Below are positions 33,889 through 46,843 of a stretch of 64,000 nt of DNA, piece by piece. The notes under the pieces are model-generated. The model ran no database searches. It had not been told where the DNA came from and worked only from the letters and a program-made list of their open reading frames with translations. The stretch's first letter is position 1. Every line of letters starts with the position of its first letter. Origin of the DNA: Paecilomyces variotii (taxonomy: Eukaryota); assembly GCA_004022145.1 (NCBI GenBank), contig RCNU01000012.1; one strand, given 5' to 3'. The position numbers and the translations under genes are program-made.

Positions 33889-35833
33889 CGTGCCTAGATG
33901 CATGCTATGGGCCGCAACGACCTTGTAATAACAATTCCTAGAATGAAATCGGTTGCGTGTTCAACAAGGTGCAATGCGACTCAAGAGGGTCTTGAAACAA
34001 GGCAGTAACGTAGAATGAAGAGGGCTAACTAGCTAGCCATAGCTTTTATCTCGAGTCGCTCAGTTACACGAGCGGCAGATAGAGTGATACTAGTATACGA
34101 TGCCTGCCGATTCCGATAAGGAATTCTGGGGTTGTTGTTCAGCTCCCTTGCCTTCTTATCAGGCCTATACGTCAACCTCCCTCTTCTTCACCAGTATATG
34201 CCATTAATAATTATTCATTATTATTAGTGGTGGGTAAGTGCGTGTCATTGTTTAGAAATATCTAATTTCTGTAGTTATACCTTACCTGCATAGGTAAATG
34301 TTTCTATTAAGCGAGAGCTGATCGTGGGTAGAAAAATTGGTAAGACTTTTATTTCCCTCGGAAAAAACTTCTCTCTATCCACGCCGAGTTGTTTGTATGG
34401 CTACGGGGGATAATCAGCAATCTACACGACAGAAGGCGCTGAGAACTCATCTGTAACCACGAGCTCACTCCATGCTCGCACGAGCGCGATAGCTGTCGGC
34501 TTCTCCGCCTCTCTGATGCAGAGGGTTATGCACGGTCCCTGGCATGCTGGTTCCCGAGCCGTCTGGGTGATGAACAGGGGAAATACTATGAAAAATGGAC
34601 ACTGACTTGAACATTGGCCATTTCGAGTTATTCATGGAGTCTCTGGTAGTATTTTACATCCAGACGGCGATGTACAAGATTCAACAAGGTACAGTACATT
34701 TTAATTCCTCCCTTATGCCTTGAAATATTATGTACTGTACAGTAGAACACATCCTTATCTTGTTTTCACTAAGCTTTGGCCGTGATAACGGTAGCAACAG
34801 ACCAACCGAAACCCATCAATCTAGTGTACTCTCCGGGTTCGATATACCCTATAGAGTAAACTAACACGCCTATCTTCACGCAGTTCCTTCGACGAATCCT
34901 TGTGCGGAGAATTATCAATAGCAGGTTCTGGTGTGCCACTAGAAAGGACCGAGTATGGATCTCCAAAAGAAGGGGCGACTTCCAGGTCTGTTGATTCGTG
35001 AGACGGAGTTCATCAGGCTTTATGAAGATATGGGGGGAGAAATGAAGATCCATCAACCTCCAGGCCTCCATCGTAGAAGTCAAAGGCATTATCTGAGAGA
35101 CCCTAATGGCAATGGATATAAAACTTCTGGATAATTAAAGAACATATCCCTCGCGTACTCCGCTTAGCCATTGAATCGTTTACCACGATAGCGGGACAGG
35201 ACAGGAGTCTAATCCTCACGGCAATTATGATCCAAATAAGGGTGTAGATGAAGAAGGAAACCCTCAGGATACACAAAGCAGGGCAGTGTGCAATATCCCG
35301 AATAAACATCTGTAGGCGGGAGATCAGTCTATTCGTTTAGAAAATGTTCTAGAATAATTGGACCATGTTTTCTAGATCGGACACTTTAATGTGGTTAGGT
35401 TGAGCTGTTAACTCGCTGATTGCATAAGTATGCATGCGGGGAACGAAAGGAGGAAAGGCCGACAAGGAATGAGGGTTCCTAAGAATAATGATCAATACCA
35501 TCCCTTCTTCTCTACGCAGCATTGAAGACCATTATTTAATGATAGGAAAAGTTCAACATGATAGAAATCATTTGAAGTTGAAGATAATAATAAAATATCC
35601 TATGTTGATACACAATAGAAGTGAATGTAGACTGAGCAATTCACACATTGCCCCCTCGATTCCTTCGAAAAGATAATCGTAAAGCGTTTCCGAAAGTAAT
35701 TTCAAAATGTACATCATAGGAAGACGTATGAGAGAAGTCATCATAAGTCTGTTAGTTAGTTAAAAGATAGATCTCGCTTCATGCAATCTTGTTGCCATGA
35801 GGTTTCAAGTTCAGGATGGTGATAATGGAGGTT

Positions 35834-37168
35834 TCACAGGATGCCCCAGAACTGCTCCGCGCCATAGGTCCAGCGATTGTTCTGCTTCCACTTGTCATCA
35901 AAGGCCGTGAACAAGATTATGCCGCCATCAGAGAAGCTTTTCTTCAAGCTGTCGATTGCAAGTCGCTGGTTCTCCTTCGAAGGTACCGCGGCTCCATTGG
36001 CCTGGCCTGAGTTAGGCCAGCCTGACTCCGTGATGACGGTTCGTTTTCCACCAGCAGCTTTTGACACCTGTTCAGCTTGCTGCTTGACATAAGGGCCCGC
36101 TCCTGCTGCAGTCATGTCCGAGTCGTAAAACGCATGGCAGTTTGCTGCGCAATAATCAGAGGCATGGCAGAGCTCGGGATGCTTGATCATGATATCAAAT
36201 GTGTCGACAGTGACAACTGGGCCCTTGTAGCCGGCCGCACGAAGTGTCTGACGGGCCGTGTTTACACCATTAATGACATCGCCAGGAGAGTTCTGTCCGC
36301 TGTTAACCAGCTCATTTCCGATAGAAATGGTGTCGAAGGGTGACCAGTCCCCATTAACAGCCTCAGTCAGTGTCTTCAGACTGCCAGGAAGGTCAGTCAA
36401 ATCATTGATTCCAGCAAACAGCTTCATGTTGTGTCTTTTGGCAGCATTCGTGACGGTGGTGATTTGATTGCAGTCAACACCGTAGATTCGGACAAGGGGG
36501 TAGCCGGTCATCTTCTCGAAGTCACTGTTGACCTCATCCTGGGTCTTGCAGCTACTGTCATCGTTGTAGGGCGAATAAGAGATCCCGATCTGGTTTGACG
36601 GGACATAATCAGGTCCTGGGACAAACTCTGGAGGATGAGACATCTGGTGAGCACCATGAGAGAATGATGGCGTCTGCAATTTGCTTTCAGACGTAGGGAT
36701 CGCAGCAGAAGGGACCGAAACTAGGGAAAAGGAAGCTGATGACGAAGGAACCCGGGCCTCCTCAGTAGTAGCATCCACACCGAAGACGGAAGTCGAAGAC
36801 GGCGAAGGAATCACAGTAGGCATAGCCTGAGTCTTTTCCACAGTGAGTAATCTGCACCTTTCAATCTACACGACCGCATCTCTAGTAACTCACCTCAACT
36901 GGCTTCGTCACAATACATCCATTAGTCTCCACACGAATGGTGCTACCATACTGGTTCACCCAGACGACATATTCACTTGGAACAGTAATGTACTCCACAT
37001 CAGCATCACGCTTAATGGGATTGAATTTACTGCCTGCCCCTGTTGCTGCTGTTAATATCTGTTGATAGACAATGAAGAGACACAATGCGTATGCGTACCA
37101 TGGGGTATCGCAATTGCTCCCTGCAGAAGCGTAATGGCACTAAGCCAAGAGATAAGATCTTTCATCAT
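35834..37168 (-). CDS. scw11: Secreted GH17 cell-wall glucanase/transglucosylase, Scw11/Scw4-like, 3 exons
   Basis: Signal peptide MMKDLISWLSAITLLQGAIA, Ser/Thr-rich linker, GISYSPY, VRIYGVDCNQ, ISIGNELVN, AANCHAFYD and VITESGWP. Confidence 0.88.
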
Positions 37169-38448
37169 GAAGAAGGATCAAACTGAATGAATATTCGTAA
37201 GTCGTGAGTCGTGAGTTTAGATAGGAGCTTAGAACGCGTCCTGACAGCAGCTATCTGAAAGAGTGACAGTTCTAGTCTTAGTTAGATGATGCTGAGTTTA
37301 TCTTAGCGAGTGACGCGTACTGTTTTAAGGAGCGTAACGTCTTCCAACAAAAGGCAGAGAAGCAAACAACAGAGTATGATAAGGAGGGTATGATGAAAGA
37401 GAGCTGCAGAGCACTAGATAAGAGTCTCCTCCTTCCTGCGGGGAACAAAACAACACTGCCAGGACAACGCTCACCAGAAGCAGCACTTAGTAGCACATAT
37501 GCATATTCTCTATTCTGGAATAGCTGAGTTAATGCTCATCCACTAGCTTATCGAAGTTCTGTTGTCGCGGAATGCTTGTATCTAGTATGTTGTTGAGTTG
37601 ATCTCTGGAATGCTGGGAAAACAAATCAAAAGCACACTGGTAATTTCGGCTATCCCCCTAAGAATGAAAACAATAAGTAACCCGTAAGACCTGGATCATC
37701 CTATTGGATGACAAAATGGCCATAGTTCTCAAAGCCATTATTGAGGAATTCACCGCCCGTATTCCAGTGCCACCACGTTTCTATAGAGTCGTTGATGCAT
37801 TCTTTGGGACTACCGCCAGCCCTCTTGAAGTTATTAAGCTGTCATATCCATCATACCAGCAGGTTCTCCAAAAGCTGCCATAGTATGTGATTTGATGTGT
37901 TTTTTGCCCTCGTTGCCAGGTCTTCAAACCTTCAGATCCTCTCAATAGCCTTATCTAAAGGGCAACAAACGAAATAGGTAGCTATAGATGGATTATGGGG
38001 AGGCAACCCAAGTTAATACATGTTCTCGAGCTCGAGCAGTCAAACTGTCTCAGTAGAAGGGCGAGAACGGATCTGTGTCATTAAAGATGTCTATTAATAC
38101 CGTTAATTGATATCTCTAGTCTCCGTGGAGAAAGATAAGGACAATGACAGCGACTCCGCCAGGAAACGAAGAATGGATCCCCTTCCATGCTATCCGGGCC
38201 CTAGCCTGTAGCATATCCGGGGAATTCCAGCAACCAGGCCCACTGAAAAAGTACTATAGACCTCCCCATGTTCCGGTAAGATTGTACAGTCAGCGCATTG
38301 TTGGAGAGAAAAGGCGGAGCCGAAAGAAACGAAATTAAAGTACAGTGGACCGGGAATTGTTCATTACGCGTAGGTAAAGGGTAAACGATAAAGGTTGTAG
38401 GCGGATGTCGTAAAGTGCATTCACAGGAATGACACTAGAAGTAGGAGC

Positions 38449-40176
38449 TTATTTCTTCTTGTTGAAAACCTTCGTGATGGCATGACGAATAATCGTACCC
38501 GTCTTCTCGATTTCCTTTTTCGTTAGGCCCGTCGTTACGCAGACCTTCAATGCCGGGGGAACAGCCTGCTTCGGTTCGGCACCGTCTGAGAGAGTCTTGA
38601 GACGAGTGATAAGCACACCATTCGCGAGCGCCTGTATCACGGCATTAGCATCGAAAGCTCTGTAGCTAACATGACAACCTATCCGAATCTGACTGTTTAC
38701 TGACCTCATCAACTATGTCCTGTAACAAAAACTGCTGATCCTCAATCGACAAGCGCTTAGCAGCCACGACCTCACGCTTGATGACGAGCAGCATGATCGG
38801 GTTCTCCGGCGCGCTGGTACAATACATCCAGTCGCTCCGCGGATCCAGCTGCGACCACATAACCTTTATATTCTCCCGCAACTGTTTGATAATCTCTGGT
38901 GTTGTTTGGAGGATATTGATCGTCTCACTGGCGGTGGTAGCCAGCAGCGCAGGAAGAGCAGCGGAGAAGGTGTATGCGGCAGCGGAAATGCGCTGGTGGT
39001 GAACAATCTCTTCCGACCCAGCGCAAAAACCGCCTCCAGCGATGAGCGGACCTGCGAGGGATCCAATGATCATATCGACTTCAGCAGCATCGACATTTTG
39101 ATGTTCTGTGACACCACGTCCAGTCCTTCCCAGGACGCCAAAGGACCAGGTCTCGTCGAGGATGAGTCGGAATTTGTACCGGAGCTTGAGCTCAATCTAG
39201 CAGTAGCAACTCAAATTAGCCGGCCCATCGATACCACGAGCGTTGCAGCAAAAGAGAGACCTACAATCTTTGGCAGGTCAACCATGTCGCCGTATGACTC
39301 GAACAGACCCTCAGTAATGATGAAGCGCCTCGTCAGAGGCTTTCTGGCCTGCTCCTTGGTGACTTTCGCCAGGACCCTCTCCAGATCTTCCATGTCACCG
39401 TGCTCATACCATCTCACTGTACTACGGGAGATCTGGATACCCTTTCGGATAGCGTAGCTCACGCCCTTATCGGCTACGATTATGTCACCACGTTTCGAGA
39501 AGGCCGGAATCACGCTGGATATCGTAGAAAACGCCTGCGCATAGATGATGCACGCTGCAGTACCCAAGAAGGAAGCGACATCTGCCTCCGTCTTCATGTG
39601 TACATCCTGAGTACCGTAGAAACCCGGGGGTCCGCAAGGTCCGACACCATAGTTACGTAAAGTCTGGATCGCCTTTTCCTTAAGTGCCTCATTGCCGTTA
39701 AAGTTGTAAAAGTTGTAGGATGCGAGATTCGTAACCGTTCGGCCATTCGACAACTTCGACTTGGGCCCCGTGGGACTAGAGTACAAAAGGAGCAAGTCAG
39801 CAAAGATTTCCGCCAGGGGATTGTAGCAGCAACCGAGTCCATACCCGACAAGCACTGTACGTTTCTCAACCTCAGCCGCTTCCAGCGCAGATGGAGGTCC
39901 AACGAGCGGTTCAGGGGTCCAGTCTTCTACTAGGTCATCGATTTCCTCTTCAGAAAGCTGGACGATGCCGGGCTTCGTCGAGTATTTCGGCGCAAGCAGA
40001 TACCGAACTGCGAACAAGAACAGAAAGAGTTCCACAGCCGATCGCACCGGATCATTCTGGTAGCTAGATTTCACGTAACGAATAAAGATTGCAGAACCCG
40101 GGACGCGATGGAACTGATTCGCAAGCTCCTGGAGGTAGACGGAGAAGAGACGTTGGGTTTCTTGGAGATCCATCAT
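38449..40176 (-). CDS. lcbA: Serine palmitoyltransferase subunit 1 (LCB1/LcbA), 4 exons
   Basis: YVKSSYQNDPVRS, WTPEPLV, YGVGPCGPPGFYGTQDVH, FSKRGDIIVAD, VRWYEHGDM and YTFSAALPALLA. First intron 39776-39844. Confidence 0.95.
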
Positions 40177-40808
40177 GGCATTATTTGGTCTATTCACCGC
40201 AGCATCACCAGTGGGAACGAAGGGATTTATAAGAGGGACTAAAACGAAAGAAAAGGAGAAGTAATCATGCGTGAAGATCGGTGTCGACTCTTGCTGCCTG
40301 GATCCCTCGGAATTCCGAGAAGGGGGAATTACGGTCCACGTGATTGGCGCCTCAGGCGGCTAAGGAATGGTGAAAAGACCACCATCGTCACTTCCAAGAC
40401 ACACAGATTATTATTATTACACTTGTTGCTACAGACAATTGACAGAGGGAAGTCTGGCCTACAAGGCTTTGCCACCGATATTCTTGATCAATAATAAGTA
40501 TGACAGAAAACTTTATTTCGAGACTAATAACTAGTAGTAAAAAGAGAGAAGCAGTGTAGGTAAAAGAACTTTCACGCCTCACTATTGTGCACATGAAAAA
40601 AAGACAAAACCGCGTCAACACCTGAAAGTACAAGGAAACGATGTGAAAGATCGAGGTCATTCATTAAGGTTGGTGACAATAGAAATGATACAGACGAGCC
40701 AAAGGGAACCCTTAGTATACCACTCCATAGAAATTATTCATTCCAGACACCTCTGTACAGTCAATTTCCAAGTGAGAGAGGCAGGATACCGCTTCAGCAG
40801 TCTCGCAC

Positions 40809-43800
40809 TTAGAACGCCATCATTCTAACCATCTTGAGAGAACTACCCGATGTGGACGCCGCGGAACCACCGCTAGTGGGCGTGGCAGGAGCGTTCTTTC
40901 CACCAGGAAGGTTGTTACCTGTGTACGCACTCGATGTGTCGTTGTTGTCCTGGTTGATCGGCTGCATAAGCTGCATGATGTCAATGTTGAATTTCATATT
41001 CATGTTGTGGATAACGAGAGGCGCTGCAATGAGGACAATGAAAAGGATCAGCACGGTAAAGTACAGAATGGCGAAGCGGATGACTCTCCTCTTGCGGAGC
41101 TTCGACTGTTTCAGGGAGTAGATTGGTGGGCGGATTTGCCGGCTGTCAACAAATTAGTAAGGGACGTTAATTGTGTATTGGAGTTCAGAGAATCTTACCT
41201 AGGACGCAGCCAGAAGAGGATGACAGAGTGGAACTTGTCCACGTACGGAACACAAAGAGCGGGGAGCATGACGAACAGCAGAAGATGGCCGAGGACGAAG
41301 TCGGCAGCAAAGTATCCGAGTTCGGTAATCTTGCAAAGGAATTCACGGCCAGGCTGAGAAATGGAGTGCCAACCCATGCTGTACCACTTTCCGGTCCACC
41401 AGGCAATGTTGGATTGATCATTCTTGAATTCTCTTGTGAGGGCAAGACAGATGATGAGCTTGTAGACGAAGCGCTGAATGGCAGCCATGGAGATCATTCC
41501 AAGCAGACATCTAGGGAATGAGAAGCCCTCGAGGAAGAACATCACCTCGAAAATGGCCAAGAGAACGATGACAGCGATACAGTGAGCAATAGCGGCAAGG
41601 ACCGAACCGAACTTCTTACAGCACATGCTGAAGAGGGGGCCCATACAGCAAGCCATCATGAAGAGACCACCAGCGACACCCGCGTTAACGCCAATTGGTG
41701 CGAAAGCAACAATGGCAACACGGATGAGGGAGTTCGTAGGAGTGGCGTTCTTGACACCAGTTTGCGCGTTGATGTAGAGGTAGGGGATGAAAGTTGCAGC
41801 AACGAGCACCAAAGGTCCGACGATCTCACTGAAGAAGACGTTGGTGATACGGGCCCGAGGGACATCTCCCGACATCTTCTCAGAAGGAACACCGAGGAGC
41901 TTGCGCTTGTAACCAGTAATCCGAGTTCGGGACAGACGGCAGAAGGCGATCCATGAAGATGCGTGCGAGCGAGAGTTACCACGCGAAAGCCATCTGAGGT
42001 AGTCACGGTAGTCGATGAAGAAATCGTGCCAGGAAAACTGGTGTGGGTTAAACAGGAATGGCGAGATGCAGAGAGCCAGCAAGGAGACCCAGAACCAGAT
42101 GAGGGCAGGCGTCCACACGGTCGTCGTGGCGAACAGCAGCATCAGCAATGAGCGAGCACCGAGGTAGATGGAAGGACTGGCGAAACGCGAGTACAGGACT
42201 CCAAAAGGAATACGGGCAGTGGCGAAACCACGACCAGTACCGATATAACGGGCACCACCGAACGCAAGATCCTGGTGCACAGCATTCGCGTAGATCTGGC
42301 ACACAAACACCTCAAACATGAAGGAGAACGAGCCGAAGTGCTTAGCGAGACGCGTGGCCATGCGCCAAAGTCCTCTCTCCGTAAGTTCCTGGACAGCCAG
42401 AGGCACGAACGAAATGAAGAACACAATGAAGATAGAGACGATACAGCGGTTGACCCAGTTGGTGACGGGAGTAAGGTTGGCACATCCAGTGGGCATCAAT
42501 GGATCAGTGATCGGAACATTGGGGTTGAAGCGACAGAGAATGGTCTCATGCCTCAAGGCTCCCAGGTTGATCAACACGATCATGAACATTTGCACCGACA
42601 ACATGATGAACATGTTGTTGATGTGGAAACCAGGATGGGCATAGTAGAAGGACAAGAACCGATCGAGAGGCAGCTGGGTACCAAGGTAGTAGTACTCTCG
42701 AGAAAGCATCTGCTCACCCATACCAGTTCCGATCTTGGTTGTGAAGTTAAGAATGGAACCAAAACCCAAATCACGTCCCTTACCACACTGGTAGTACTCG
42801 CAGTGCTTGATACGACCTCCACGGAGCATAGCGTTCATACCGGCGTAGATATCCTCGTTCAGGTGAAGTCCCTTCTGAGCCTTGGAGACACCACCGCGAG
42901 TTGTCATGAAGATACCGTTCAGGAAATCGGGGTGACCATAGTGCAGCTTTCCACCGATCTGAGCAAGCGTACGTGCGAACAGGGTACCGAACGTTTGTTC
43001 CTTTCCGGCGGCAACATCACCCAGAATACCAATGTTTTCCGAGAAAATGTACTCACGAGCACCAAGAATAGCTACAGGGTCGAACTTGTTGGACGGGAGA
43101 CCAGGGGTATAGGGGGACACGTTGTCTGTGGTCATCTCCTCAAACTCAGCCAGGACACTGCGGATCTTCAAGCACTCTTCAAGATAGTTGTCCTGGTTAG
43201 CATCGATAAGCTGGATGTATTCGCCACGGTAGAAGATGATCGAGTGGTTCTGGTTGTCAGACTTTCCGTCTCCGAGAATGGGGTTTCCGGACAGCTGGAT
43301 TCTGAACTTGGGCTTTCTCATTCCGTTGTCAAGGAGCTCACAATGACCATCAATCAGGGCGGAGTACAGTCTCGGCTCATCGCCTTCATTCAGGGGTGCT
43401 TCCTCGTCCAGGTACGCGATTTGCAGATCAGGGTACGCACGAAGGAGGAACTCAGTGTTCTCCCGTTCCTCCTTGTTGAACTTCGCGTAACGCTGCATAG
43501 AAACACAGATCTTGAACTTGCGGCGAGCCATTCTCTCGAGTTCGCGCTCCAATTTATCAGAGTTTCCGCCGAACATCTGAACGACCTCCGGGTTCTCAAC
43601 ACGGTAGAGGAGCTTGATTGCACGGCTGTAGTTCATGAAACCAGAGATAGTACGGTACAGGGTCTGGGAGCGAAGTGACGCCCAGATACGCGTACGGAGA
43701 GTGTACTCAGGAGCGGCACTCTTGAAACCAATGCAGTAGAACGGCAGATCATCGATCTTGCTCTTGGCAGCATCCTTCTCGTTCTTTTCGTAATCGCCAT

Positions 43801-46704
43801 TGAACTGTGAAGTCTCATCGGCCAGAATCTTGGTGTCTTTGACGAAGCAATCCCACTCGTGAGGGTGAAGCTGTTTCAAGTACTCAAGCAGCGTAACACG
43901 GGAGTAGGGCTCATCCTCACGAATAATTTCACGCAGAGACAGAAGGATCTTCTCACTGTAGTGGGGAATCAAAACAGTAAAGGTAGGCATGTTGTCCACA
44001 GGCACCGGCTCCGGAATAGGAGTCGAGAGCGACTGCGCGAAGAAAGAAATACGGCGCTCAGCCTCACTCTGCGCAGGGAAGAATTCTGTCTTGAACGAGT
44101 GGTCTTCCTGAGAAACGAAGAAAGTAGGCGCACGGAGAGTCCGCTTGCCCTCCTGCTCGGAAGGAACCTGGTGGTACAGAAGCTTCTGGACGTGGTCGAT
44201 AGCCAAAAGATGCTCTCGGTACATAGAGATCACGATAGCGTTCCATACCTGTGAAATGAGAACCTTCGGCTTGTACTTGATCTCCATGTCAGTAGTGGCG
44301 AGGACCTTAGAGTATATACGCTTCGGGAGACGGGAGAAGATATTCCTCCACGGCGTCCAGATAGAAACACCGAGGTAGAATGACCGTGAGACGGAGAACA
44401 CCGTATTCAAGATAATGTACCAGAGATAACTGTCCAGGAAGAAGAGCGTCAAGTCCATGAAGAACATGAGACCGAGCAGGATCTGGGGCTGGCATTTGCA
44501 GAGAACATTCGGAATGATCTTGTCTCCTGCACAACGACGGATTTTCATCGGCGAGAGGATACGGATAGGGTCCTTCAGCGACAGGGTCAGGAAGAAGTAC
44601 GATTCGACCAACTTAGCCGCAAAAACGCAGACCCATAGACCGTATGACATCCACATGTCGTTACCGTGAAGACGGGGCCAGCTTGCCGTAAATGTCTGAC
44701 TGGCCACATACTGGCGGCTCTTCTTCTTGTTCATGTAGCTGCCGAAGAGTCCGCCAAGAGGCATGACAGAGAAGAAGAAAAATGTAGCCAGGGCGATGAA
44801 GAACTGCACGATACCCAAAACGAGAGCAGGCTTGTCCTTGCCTTCCTTAGAGACACCAAACACGTAGACACTGGGTCCGAAGTTGATGCAAAACATGAGG
44901 ATCAGGAACCAAAGACGCTTGCTGAGGTGCTGCGCGCCGGCCCATCTGCGGGGAACATAGAGCCATTCAGCAAAAGTCGCAAAGATTTGAATCAAACAAC
45001 AGAGTGCACCACCAAGACCCACAGCAGACCACGAGTATGATCCCGGGGGCTTATTGTTAACCTGCTGCTGATAGTTCTTCGTGTAGATGGTAGGTGAGTT
45101 GTAAGCAGTGAAAAACCAGAAAGCACCAAGGTGGATAACCCAGATACGGTTGAAGTTGGTGATCATGTGGAACCAGGATCGGGTCTCCTTGTAGGTCTTG
45201 AAGAACACCTTCTTCCAGTTGACCTCCTTGAGCTTGTTCCAGCGCTCGGCAGGGGGTATATCGACCAAGCGCGTCTTGTCCTCCAGGACAATACGCTCGA
45301 TACCCTCGGGATACCAGAAGAGCTGGTTGATGTCATCATAACCGATGATCTGGTTGTGGTCACGCTCACGTCGTACGTACTTGCCATCGAGGATCTCGTA
45401 ACCCTGGTCTCTGCAGTACTGGTAGAGCGGAGTAACGACGTCGTTCAGATAGGTCAGTTCCTCAACCGGCTCGACGCGGTTCTGGCACTCGGGAGAGCTG
45501 TAGTAGTCGTCCGCGCACTTGAAGATGAAGCAGAGACATTCAGGCATGAATCGAACCTGGTTAGCCTCACCCCAGCAAAGCAGGTAGAGAGCGAGTTGTC
45601 GGGCACGGTCGTGCTGAGACATGCGGTTCATGCGCGTCTTCCACCTGTATTCAGCAGCCTCCAAGCTATTGTCGCCCTCCAGGGCTTCCAGGGTCTCCTG
45701 CTCGTTCTCCGGGTTCTGCTCGGCCTTCTTCGCGGCGGCCTTACGTGCCTTGCGAGTCTTGCGGTCTGCTTTACCCAGCTTCATGTTCGCAAAACCGACG
45801 GCATCATCGAGGTCTAGATGAGCTGCGAAGTACCAACGGCGGTAGTTTGCATTGTCTCCGCCAATGTAGTCGGCGTGCAGAGATAGGAGGGCTTGGTTGG
45901 GGGTCATACGAGAAGCACGGGAATCCAGAAGAGTCATCATATGGTCGTACATGTTTCGCATGCTATCACGCTGGAAACCGAACTTGTTCACGAGGTCGAT
46001 AAAGATATCCTCGATCTCCTCCTTCGAAAGCGGGATCTGACCATCCGACGTCCAGGCCGGGTACGGCTCTCTCGAGCGTTGACCTGGTGGCAGGGCATTG
46101 TTATAATCCATACCGTACACCGGGGTAGATGCACCAGACGATCGGTTGCCACCGTAGGAGATCTGGGAAGACGGAGGCCGGTATCCGTAACCTCGACCGC
46201 CCATCTGGCTGTCGTTGTAGCTGTTGTACCGTTCATCGCCGCGGCCATAGTAGTCCATGTCTGCGGCGCGGGCCGTCTCCGATCTCATGGTAAAGTCGCT
46301 GAAGGTCTCTGAATCATCCTCAGAATCCTGACCACGGCGTCTGCCGCGACCTCCATAGCTTTGGTGGCCATTGTTACCCTGGTCGTAATACTGGTCGTTG
46401 TAGTACTCATCCTGGTAACCCTGCTGACCGCCGCCCTCATAATAGCCGTCCTGGTAACCGTGGTGACCCTCAGCGTTATGACCATCATAAGCACTGGTTC
46501 CATTTGTTAGTCAAATTCACGGGCGCAAATAGTCAGATAGACCATATTGTGGACTTACGATTGGTCATAGTACGCGTCACCGTGCTGAGAGTAGTCGTGC
46601 TGGTCGTAGTAGGCTTGACTATGCTCATCCTGATAGTAGGAATCGCCGTGGCCGCCCTGGGCATAGCCGCCTTCGTCGTAGTGGCCTTGTTGATAGCCCG
46701 ACAT
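40809..46704 (-). CDS. fks1: 1,3-beta-glucan synthase catalytic subunit; introns 46494-46558 and 41143-41198
   Basis: GH48 sequence: [80 protein letters not shown] and the spliced [15 protein letters not shown]. Confidence 0.98.
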
Positions 46705-46741
46705 GGCGAGGTAAGTTGCGGCTACCGTTCAATACGCAACA

Positions 46742-46843
46742 CTGCCTAAGATCAATGAGAATTGACCTCTTGTCTGGTTGTCACGAGGGAATTGGGTCGT
46801 GAAGTGACTTGAGACCGGTTCCCGCGGTGGAGTGATCACTCAC
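46742..46843 (-). other. Probable 5'-UTR intron of fks1
   Basis: Minus-strand GTGAGT donor at 46843 and a TAGGCAG acceptor ending at 46742, about 38 nt upstream of the ATG. The branch site is weak. Confidence 0.45.

Noticed and set aside
34400-35340. Short ORFs between the permease and scw11
   Set aside because: No recognisable motifs or consistent splice pattern. A decayed gene is possible but unsupported.
42275-43678. 467-aa plus-strand ORF and other long ORFs antisense to fks1
   Set aside because: These are shadow frames from strong codon bias in a highly expressed gene, with no recognisable protein features.
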